DNA from: Jimgerdemannia flammicorona
Lineage: Eukaryota
NCBI GenBank assembly: GCA_003990765.1
Contig: RBNJ01000041.1
Span: 1-47,804 of the forward strand
Direction of reading: 5' to 3'
DNA: 47,804 bases
Shown here piece by piece: positions 36,011-45,692 of the stretch (position 1 is its first letter; each line of letters opens with the position of its first letter). The translations under genes were made by a program, and so were the position numbers. Below the pieces are notes generated by a model. The model was not told the DNA's origin. It did not search any database and saw nothing but the letters and a program-made list of their open reading frames with translations.

Positions 36011-38041
36011 TATAAGAGGGTTGCTTTTTAGGGTAACCGTTACGTAGTTCTGGAAAGGTTTTCTGGATATTCTAGAGGTTCTGGAAGACTGTTTTCTTAA
36101 GGTCAAGATCAACTTCATATGGAGTACATCCTCTACACTTATTGATTCCAAGATTGGGTTGACGTCTTAACCAAAGTCCTTTTTCGGACTAGTTCTGGAT
36201 GTTCAGGATTTTCTGTATTTCAGGAAGTTCAAGAAACTAAGACCAGCTTAGTTGAATTGGTGTATCACTGCAGACAATACCCAATTAGGAAATTTCATGA
36301 TGGGGTTAGAAGTGGGACCTAATAGGGAGCAGATTTACTTAAGAGTGATTTGTGGGTTATGGAATAGGTTTATTTGCTATTCATAATATTGCTATACTAG
36401 GAGTAATTGTGTGAAGAGATATTTGTGGGGAAGTATTCAGAAATGTTCTTGTGTATTTGAGTCTGAGATTCTGAGGTCTGGGAGAGGGGGTATTTATACT
36501 AGTGAGGAGCTATCTGGACTATGCTAGATATGGATATAGCACTAGGTGCTTTGCTGAGTCGGAATGCAGTCACATAGTACAAGTGTGATCTGACATATCA
36601 AGAGATCATCTGACTGCTGAGTCAGTTCACAGTCATGTCATACAAAGCTAATCTAACTATACTATGACTGCTAGGCTATTTATGGGTTTAGGTACTGTCT
36701 GAGTAGTTCTCGATGACATCACTATCAATTGCATCATCTCTGATAAAGTAGTTGTCTAGGAAGAGTGGTTCGTGGATTACTTCTCCTTATTTGCTAAGGT
36801 AGTAATACATTGGGACTTCGTCTCCATCCTACAGGATAGCATCGTCTGTCTCGTAGGCTGGATAAGGTGTTGGTGGGCGAAGGATGGGTGTATTGTCTTC
36901 ACTTTCATCGGATTTACTGTCTGTATACCTTCTATAGGTTACAGCACTATGAGTTGCAGGATTATAGTAAGCTGGCAGCTGTGGTTCATGTCGCTCATAC
37001 TCAGGTAGTGGAGTGGTTGGTTCGATCTCAAGGGTTGTCTGAAGGTACAGGTTGTGTTCTCCAGTCTCTTCATTGTAGTTGAAGTAATTGGGTGTAATGC
37101 GGGTTGGTATTCGTGCCAGTGGTCATTGTCCCAATAAGTCTCGTATGCAGTTATGAACTGTTGTAAGTTCATCGGCAAGATTGGCAGTGTGATCAGGGTT
37201 GGCAGAGATCCTTGGCTAGAGGTCATGTCAGTGTCAGAGGGGTCATTGTCTTCTGCTTCATCTTCATCGAAGTGGATTATATCATAGATGTCCTTCATGG
37301 TATATCCAACTTGGGGCATTTGCAGGATGTGATCATTGGGGTGTGGGAAGGTTCTATCTGTGGTTTCGACATACTCGAGGTACTTGTGGTTGAGTTCTTG
37401 TATCATATCATCGATTTGGCCATAGGACAGGGTAGCAACCATTTCACTGGTAGTAACTTGGAGGTGGGAAATAAAGGTGCTGTACTCATAGAAGAGTTCT
37501 CGATGTTTGCAGGCGATGAGCTTCTGGTGTTGAGATATCTGGATAATGTCTGTATCATAATGGTGTTTGACCATGTCTTCCAGGAGGCGGCCGATCTGGT
37601 AGTAGCTTGAGATTTGTCCAATTCGGTGGGCCTCGCTAAGCATGTTCAGAGCATTCCATTGGGCTTCTATGAAGTAGAGGGGTGCTAGGCTATGGATATT
37701 CATGAGGGGCAGAGGGGGTGTAGCTCAGTTGACAATGGCATTCCAAATGTCAGCACAGATGCGGTTGTAGATCTCAGTGGTCATGTTTGTGTGTTTGAAA
37801 GTTGTAGTTGTTGTTTGTTTTGGTTCTCTGATTTGACGCATCTCGGTACTCAGTATATATGCATTTGGTCCTGATTGGTAAGATTCTGTTTGTGTAATTC
37901 TTGTATTCTGTGACTTCATATTGACTCAGCTTTGTGATCAAGCAGGTGATTTCCAGATTTGTTCAGAGGTCATGTGAGATTTCAGTGGCTTGTTCAGAGG
38001 GTGATGTGTAATTTCGGTGGCTTAGAGGTTGTGCGCTTACA
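36011..38041 (-). mobile_element. solo LTR of family C (2031 bp); 5-bp TSD GATGC/GATGT
   Basis: Inserted in the ADALSR codons of B RNase H. The empty site is visible in the B-like copy near 45085. Confidence 0.95.
36787..37784 (-). pseudogene. family C LTR-encoded accessory ORF (~332 aa ancestral; two stops and a 1-nt deletion)
   Basis: MTTEIYNRICADIWNAIVN*...SYYQIGRLL...LFYEYSTFISHL...DGDEVPMYYYLSK*; frame restored by comparison with 5592-6579. Confidence 0.8.
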
Positions 38042-38090
38042 GATGTACTCTCAAGAATACCCTGAAACATCCCCATCAAGACTATTCAAC

Positions 38091-39296
38091 ATGAATAAGG
38101 AGCTATACTATAGATTAATCAACTACCTTGGGCAGCAGAAGATGCCCAACCACCTCGAACCCTAGACAATCACCATCATCAACCAGACTTGGAAATAGTT
38201 TGAATTAGACAACACTATATTCAGAAAAGGAGAAAAGCTAGTAATACCTGAACACAAGAAGTATCAAGTAATGAAGGAAGTACACAAGCAAGGACACTTA
38301 GGAGGAACCAACATATATAACAAGGCAAGAAGAACCATATGGTGGCCTAAGATGGAAGAAGACCTGTGCCAATTTGTCAAAGGGTGTGACAAGTGCCAAA
38401 AACAGAAACAAGATCAGTAAGACCAGGCACCTGGATTATCAAGAATTGAGCCTATCCCCTTCCACCACATTGCAATGGATATCATTGGACCACTACCAGT
38501 AACACTATCAGGAAACCACTATATTATAGTTATTATAGACCTCTTCACTAAATGGATAGAGGCAGGAGCATTACAAGAAGCCAATGCCCTCTCTATAGCC
38601 AATTTCCTATACTGAGAAATCATCTGCTGCTACAAGACACCAAAGAAAATCACAACAGACCATAGCACAGAATTTGTCAATGGATTCCACGAGATAATAT
38701 ACCAGAAATACAAGATCCAGCACATCAAGACCACTGCATACCACTCTCAAGGAAATGGACAGACAGAAAGAACCAACAAGACTCTCAAGAACATCCTAGC
38801 AAAGATCTCAGAGACATATGAGAATTGGGATAACTATCTCCCAACTACCCTCTCTATTCTATGAGACATATGGTCACAGAATACACATTTTACCCCAAGA
38901 GAGCTGCTCTTCAGAGAAGAAGATTCTAATGGAACCTCAGCTACAAATCTAGACCTAACTTGGAGACGGGTTGATGTGGAAATCCAGAGACTACACCAAA
39001 TCAGGAAGAAGGCTGAAGATTACATCACCAAGTCACAAGCACTGACAAGGAAGAATGCAGAAAAGAATTAAAAGGCCCTAGAACTCATTCGAATTAGAGA
39101 AAAGGTTCTACTGTATTGAAATATGGTAGAAGCCTCATGGTCACGAAAACTGGAGCCCAAATGGAAAGGACCCTTCTATATGCAAGATATCAAGGGAACT
39201 ACCTTCTGGCTTAGAAAAATCTCAGGGACCATACTGCCTACCATGGTACATAGGAACAGACTCAAGAAGTACCACAAACCTAGAAGCAAAACATGA
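38091..39296 (+). pseudogene. int: ORF2 of B: integrase in its own frame
   Basis: CATGAATAA overlap; HLGG..GCDKCQK, TAYHSQGNGQTER, KLEPKWKGPF, VHRNRLKKY. Confidence 0.93.
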
Positions 39297-39634
39297 TGAC
39301 TGCCTGTGAGGTTCTAGTCCACAAATCGTAACAACATGTCCCGTGACCAGCAGGCTATCTGTCTGGACCATTCTCTAAGGGATATGGCACTGGCAACTAC
39401 TCATCCATGAAGACTTTCACAGTCAGAGGAGTTCGAACTGTCAACTGATTGGTCAAGATCAGAATCAGGCCCTTGCTCTATATGAAGGGAGTGACCCTTC
39501 ACCATCATACCAAAATACAAAGAGAAGATACCAGCCCATAAACACCCCTTGCCAGAGGTTATGGGATCAGCAAATTTTTCAGGACTGGAGCAATAAATAA
39601 GGATGCTCAGGAAGATCCTTATTTAGGAGGAAGA

Positions 39635-41147
39635 TGTAACAGTGACCCCAGAATGATGACATCAGTACAGGAGATAGCCTTTCCTTATAAGCCACCAGAT
39701 TGGAGTACAAGAAGATCATACAGCATATGAGATGAGCAATGATGACCAACTGTGAGTCATTGTGACCACAGCATGAGCATCTTGAAGAATATGAAAGAAG
39801 GATCAAGGAACCACAATAGCAGCAACCAACAAGAACCACCAATCCCAAAATAGCTCAAAGACTTACTACAAACAAAATGCCTGCTGCCCATCAAACCTTA
39901 AGGTCAAGGAATCACCAAGATATCTCGGTTGAGGAAAGGATGTTCCAAGACATCAGAAGAGCCATGAGGACCCACTCAAGAAGGACTCCTAGCATTAACC
40001 TGGGTACTGCAGGCCCTTATCACTTTATCTTCTACTGTCACGAAATGGAAACAAGGATCACCATTGCTACTGAATGCCTCCAAATGTGGCAGGAGTATGA
40101 AATAGGAAACCTCCTCTGCCAGGAGTTCCCACAGGCCAGCACCCAAGAGCTACAAGATACCACTCCTATAGATATATATAAAACAAGAACAGCTAGGAAG
40201 ATCTATCAGATCTTCAGGCATACACCATGGTCAATCCCCAACTTGGAGTATGTTAGAGTCTCAGATTTCAGAGACCTATCATCCTGCTGTATCAATGCAC
40301 TAGAAGCCAGGGTGGCTACAGAAGCCCAGTCCACTATCACCCTTAATAGCGAAGAAGTAGAAGACTTCTGGCACCCTATCCTTCAGGACAACCCAAATCA
40401 ATTTCTGCAAGGATTGATCTCAGTATTCCAAGGCCCAAGCATCCAGGTTAGATCTCCCCAAAACCTCACATTTATTTCTTATTTTGTGGAAGAGAACCTT
40501 ATAGACTGGAGAGCTCCAGATCTTGTTCCCGATTTTCCCACCACAGCCAAACATGATGATGTCATCGGTGATGACATCATCCTGTGTGACATACCTGAAG
40601 CACACGAAGTACATGAAATGCGCGACAATGAAGTATACAAGATGCATAGCCTGCATGATGAATTCGCGAATCTCATCTCCTTCAGTAATGATAATGACGA
40701 GGATGAAGCCTCCATGGTCTTGAACTTTCTGCTCTAAGTTCTTTGTTACACTGGATAATGCCAGCACCAGCATTCTGAGGTGATACGAAATTATTCCAGC
40801 ACCAGTATTTTGATGTGACACTAAATAATGCCAGCCCTGGAACTTAGTAGTTTTAGTTATTGGAATTTATATTTAGCTTTATATTTTAGCAACTATTGAA
40901 TTATATTTTATATAAATACCTCTCTTATTTTCTCTGAAATAAAGTCAGTTCCAGTTTCACTTATACACACTTCCTTGCAAGCAATCTAAGAGATAACAAG
41001 ACAGTTAAAGATAAGAAGTTTAAGGACTATAAGACCTTGGGAAGACACTCCAATAAGAACTTGCTTATAACAACTTGAGTTAGTCTAAGAGATACTCCTT
41101 GAAGAGAATCTGGTATATTTGAAGGACTCAGTAACCACTATGTGACA
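39635..41147 (+). repeat. 3' LTR of B (1513 bp)
   Basis: Follows the PPT; TGTAACA...TGTGACA. Confidence 0.97.
39877..40737 (+). CDS. intact 286-aa LTR(U3)-encoded accessory protein of element B
   Basis: Stop-free 861-nt ORF inside the 3' LTR, upstream of the TATA box (~40911); homologous to ORF3 of A and the LTR ORF of C. Confidence 0.82.
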   Translation: MPAAHQTLRSRNHQDISVEERMFQDIRRAMRTHSRRTPSINLGTAGPYHFIFYCHEMETRITIATECLQMWQEYEIGNLLCQEFPQASTQELQDTTPIDIYKTRTARKIYQIFRHTPWSIPNLEYVRVSDFRDLSSCCINALEARVATEAQSTITLNSEEVEDFWHPILQDNPNQFLQGLISVFQGPSIQVRSPQNLTFISYFVEENLIDWRAPDLVPDFPTTAKHDDVIGDDIILCDIPEAHEVHEMRDNEVYKMHSLHDEFANLISFSNDNDEDEASMVLNFLL

Positions 41148-42779
41148 ATATATACTCACCACTATTACTGCAAATGCTATCTCCCGAATTCTTAAGAAAT
41201 CAATCTTGCAAAATTTGCTCAAACTGATCATTACTCTAGTTCTGAGACAGTAATATCTGCAAAACCAGAAAACAGTCCAAATGATCTCAATCAAGTATCG
41301 ATTATTGCCTTGTAAAAAGTCAGTGAGCTATATTTGTATATTTGTAACAAATGTTAGTTGACTAGAAAGATATTTTTCGATTCCCAAATATATATATATA
41401 CTCACCCTCAGATTTTTGAGGTACTCTTTGAAAAATTCCAATGTGGGATCCGGTGGATCTGAAAATGATGGAAGTTGTTCTGTACTAATAAACCCATCAT
41501 AGCATATAACACAGGATCTTTTATCGATAAGAAGTAAGCACAATAGAGAATCTTAGTTGGCATTGTTAATCAATCTCAGATTTGGAACAATGTGGGTGAG
41601 CATGGGATCCACAAGGCACTTTTCAAATTACTTGTGGATTTCCCTTCAGAAATCATTCATAATGATCTTTGCCTACAAACATGATGAGGTAAATATCTAA
41701 ATTAAAATTTTCTCGAATAAGTAGCAATGAATGAAATAAATATTAAAAAAATTAATATAGTTATGTACCTCTGCATAGAGGTCTTGGTCATTAGGTAAAT
41801 CTAGTTTTGAGGATTTGAAGGAAGTATACAGTACATCAATGAAGGCATTGCACAATTGCAGGTCAGGGAACAGCTCTGCAATAATGAAAGCTCATCTTAA
41901 CTCTTTGGGAAATTCTTTGGAAAGGTCCTCAGGTTCACTTACTATCTCTCCTTTAGTAGTAATTAAACGTTCCCTAAGCATTATTTGACAAATAGATTCT
42001 GAGCAAGTCCATTGTCAATTTATACCTAACTAGCAGGATTCCAAGGTAAAGAGAACATGTGCTGCAGGATTAGGTAAAGGGGTAAAAGAGGTACACTCCA
42101 CTTACTCCACTTTAATGAGATTTAGAGTAACTTCTAGAAATGCATTAGACTGCTTAAGCAAAGCAATAGACAAATACATATTTAATGCTATCAGCATTTG
42201 TTCAGCATTATTATTCCATCAAATGGCTGACATATAATATATTATATATATATTTATTCATCTGATCCATGAGTATAAGTAAAAATATAGACTGGCCAAA
42301 AGCTTGTTAATGTGTTTATTTGTACATATTATCTATGAGTCATAAGTAAAAATATAGACTAGCCAAAAGCTTGTTAATGTATTTATTCTTGCATCTGATC
42401 CATAGCTTGTTAATGTTATTCATGTATCTGTTCCATAAGCTATAAGCAATGAAGCTATAGTCAAAAATTTGTTTAATATATAAGTATATGTCTATATATA
42501 TTATAAATTGGGCTTTAGCCAAAAGATGATACCAAAAGCTTTATATATCTATATTAATCAGTCTAGTTAATCAGTATAAAAAAAAAGACATGTATCTATT
42601 ATCCTTCTATCATTTTAAAAAGGAAGAAAGGTGTAATTTAATTTAATATATATTTATGCAGCTCATTCTTGTACCATAAGTAAAAATAAAATATAAAGAG
42701 AACTATGAACATCCATATTACTCTTCTATTTACCTGCTATAACTACCAAAAATTTGCATGAAGTGACCAGACCATCAGT

Positions 42780-43498
42780 TAGATCTCTCAATAATGAATC
42801 TAATAGTAAAGAATATGAGAGTATTAGCAAGGAGAATAAGGATATCAGCAATGATACAGTGGATTATACCAAAAAACTGGCAGCCTAACCTAGTAAGAGC
42901 AGCATTAGTCAACTCAGCAAGAGCGGTATCAGTCAATCTAACAAGAGTGGCATTGGTCAACCTAGCAAGAGTAGTATCAGCCAACCCAGCAAGAGCAGTA
43001 TCAGTCAACCCAGCAAGAGTAGCATCAGCCAACCCAATAAGAGTGGTGTTGGTCAATCTAGCAAGAGCAGCATCAGCCAACCCAGCAAAAGTGGCATCAA
43101 CAAACCCAGTAAGAGTAGTGTTGGTCAATTCAACAAGAGCAGTGCAGCCAATCTAGCAAGAGTAGCATTGGCCAACCAGTCAGCCAATCTAGCAAAAGTG
43201 ATATCAGCCAACTCAACAGGAGCAGCATTAGTGAACTCAGTAGGAGCAGTATTGGTAAACCCAGTAGGAGTAGTGTTGATCAGATCAATCGAGTTAATAA
43301 TAGTAACTATGAAACCCAATTGAATAAAAAGGAATAGACTTACATCAAAACTGAGCCACTCATAGGAGTGGCATTGACAAATCTAGCAGAAGCAGTATTG
43401 GTCAGATCAATCTAGTTGATAACAGCAATTATAAAACCCAACCAAATAAAAAGAAACAGACTCACATCAAAACTGAGCTGAGCCAAAATAACCAGACC
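42780..43498 (+). pseudogene. second copy of the QPSKSSIS-repeat ORF, with an expanded 24-bp array
   Basis: Aligns to 22630-23090 with many more 24-bp units; ends at the LTR E boundary. Confidence 0.6.
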
Positions 43499-43963
43499 TA
43501 TAATAGTTCTAGTTTCTTTAAGAGGAAGCAGCTAAATATGGAAGTTCTAATTGATCTAAAGTATCTTAAAGAGATACTTAAAGGTTCAAGTATTCTGGAA
43601 GGATTTCTGAGAGAAAATATTCTGAGTTTTATTCAGACAGAGAATAAGGATATTTATATATGATCTGAAAGAAAGATCCAGAAGGATCTTGGGAAGAAAG
43701 AGAAATGCCAAGAAATAGGTTTTCAGCAAGGCTGATTAATACTATTCTACAATGTTCTGAAAGGTTCCATGACTAGCTGAGACAAGATACTTGGCACTAA
43801 GGAAAGACAGGAATGTTCTAGTAGTGTCTAGGTACTAAAAGAAGGTTTCTAAGCAAGTAGAAGATGCCAGAACATAGTAGAATATTTAAGAAATGATAAG
43901 AAAAAACTGACTAAAAGATACAAAAAATATACTAAGACTAAATATGACTGTGAAATTGTTACA
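43499..43963 (-). repeat. 3' LTR of a further family E (~465 bp)
   Basis: On the minus strand: PPT AAGGAGAGAGAGA, then TGTAACA...TATAAATA...AATAAA...TATTATA (eroded TGTTACA). Confidence 0.75.
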
Positions 43964-44052
43964 TCTCTCTCTCCTTAAGAACCAATATCCTCATTAAGTT
44001 CTTAGGTAATATAAGGCTAGATATACTTAATCAAAATTTCTCAAACTTGAAT

Positions 44053-45692
44053 CAGTACATTCTTTTCTACATTTTTTCTCATCAGTACTTGTAACTTGAT
44101 GATGTAATCTTCAGCCTTCTTCTTGATTTGGTGTAGTCTCTGGATTTCTGCATCAACCTGTCTCTAAGTTAGATCTAGATTTGTGGCTGAGGTTCTATCT
44201 GAATCTTCTTCTCTGAAGAGCAGTTCTCTTGGGGTAAAGTGTATGCTCTGTGACTATATGTCTCATAGGACAGAGAGAGCAGTTAGGAGGTAGTTATCCT
44301 AATTCTCATATGTCTCTGAGATTTTTGCCAGAATGTTCTTGAGAGTCTTGTTGGTTCTTTCTATCTGTCTATTTTCTTGAGGGTGGTACATAGTAGTTCT
44401 AATATACTGAATCTTGTATTTCTGATACATTATCTCATGAAATCTATTGACGAATTCTGTACCATGGTCTATTGTAATTTGCTTTAGTGTCTTGTAGTAG
44501 CAGATGATTTCTCAGTATAGGAAGTCAGCTATAGAGAGGGCATTGGCTTCTTATAATGCTCCTGCTTCTATCCATTTTGTAAAGAAGTCTACAATAACTA
44601 TAATATAGTGGTTTCCTGATAGTATTACTGGTAATAGCCCAATGATATCTATTATGATATGGTGAAAGAGAATAGGCTCAATTTTTGATGATCTAAGTGC
44701 CTTGTCTTACTAATCTTGTTTCTGTTTTTGGCACTTATCATACTCTTTGACAAATTGGTATAGGTCTTCTTCTATTTTGGGCCACCATATAGTTCTTCTT
44801 ATCTTGTTATACATATATGTTGGTTCCTCCTAGATATCCTTGCTCATATACTTCCTTCATTACTTGATACTTCTTGTATTTGGGTATTATTAGCTTTCCT
44901 TCTTTTCTAAGTATAGTATTATCTAGTTCAAACTGTTTCCAAGTCCAGTTGATGATGGTGATTGTCCAGAGTTCAAGGTGGTTGAGCATCTTCCACTGTC
45001 CAAGATAGCTGATTAATCCATAGTATAATTCCTTATTCATATTAGATAGTCTTGATGGAGGTATTTCAGAGTATTCTTGAGAGTGTATCAGCATTGGTAT
45101 TAGTTCTTCCTGAGTGGTACTTGACAGTACAGTCATACTCTTGCAGCCTGTAGATCTATCTGACATATATTTCTTTAGGGTTCAGAGTATGGAATAGCCA
45201 GGCAAGAGCAGAATGGTCTGTTTGAATGGTGAAGTGTTTTCCAGCTAGGTAGTAGTGGAACTTATCTACTACCCAAACTACTGTTAAGTATTTGAGCTTG
45301 TATGACTTATAGTTCTGTTCTGCTCTGTAGATACCTTGGCTTGCATAGGAGATAACATATTTATGTCCATCTTTCTTCTAAGCTAGGACTGCTCCAAGTC
45401 CTATAGCACTTATATCTGTCTGCAGGATGAATTCTAGGTTCCAGTCTAGTCTTTTGAGGATAGGTACTTGGGTCAACCTAATCTTGAGTTCATTGAAGGT
45501 TTCTTAGTATTCCTTGGTACATTTAAATTTGGTTTCCTTCTTCAGTAGCTTATAGATAGGTACTGCAATATTGGAGTATTCTTTGATGAATCTTCTATAG
45601 TAGCTGGCTAGTCCAAGAAAGACATGAACTTCTATAATAGTTCTGGATCTCAGATAGGGTACAATAGTCTCAATCTTCATGGGGTCTATATG
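44053..45692 (-). pseudogene. pol: degraded family-B RT-connection/RNase H/integrase segment
   Basis: Reverse complement of ~35405-36010 + 38047-39068 without the solo LTR; retains the ATGAATAA overlap. Confidence 0.9.

Larger units (their letters stand above)
32039..38098 (+). pseudogene. gag-pol: ORF1 of B: gag-PR-dUTPase-RT-RNase H, split by the solo LTR at 36011-38041
   Basis: ORF fragments 32039/32504/32759/33641/34199 are all in one frame. Motifs: CFRCREEGHYAKSC, IIDTGA, GGVIDPDYTGEI, RGEQGFGSTG, YIDD; ends TIQHE*. Confidence 0.95.
30407..41147 (+). mobile_element. full-length Ty3/Gypsy element B (dUTPase; ORF-containing 1.5-kb LTRs); 4-bp TSD ATAT; interrupted by a solo LTR C
   Basis: LTRs 30407-31918 and 39635-41147; ATAT at 30403-30406 and 41148-41151; PBS at 31922; PPT AGGAGGAAGA at 39625-39634. 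Confidence 0.97.
30158..42233 (-). pseudogene. 4-exon ~363-codon gene (DUF6532-like by eye), with element B inserted in its last intron
   Basis: Exons 42233-41769, 41672-41406, 41327-41160 and 30349-30158 all splice GT-AG in phase 0; stops occur only in exons 1-2. Motifs FIIAELFPD, NRYLIEIIWTVF, IREIAFAVIVFYVC..FNETNYVDTY. The gene structure is well supported; the family call is tentative. Confidence 0.7.
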
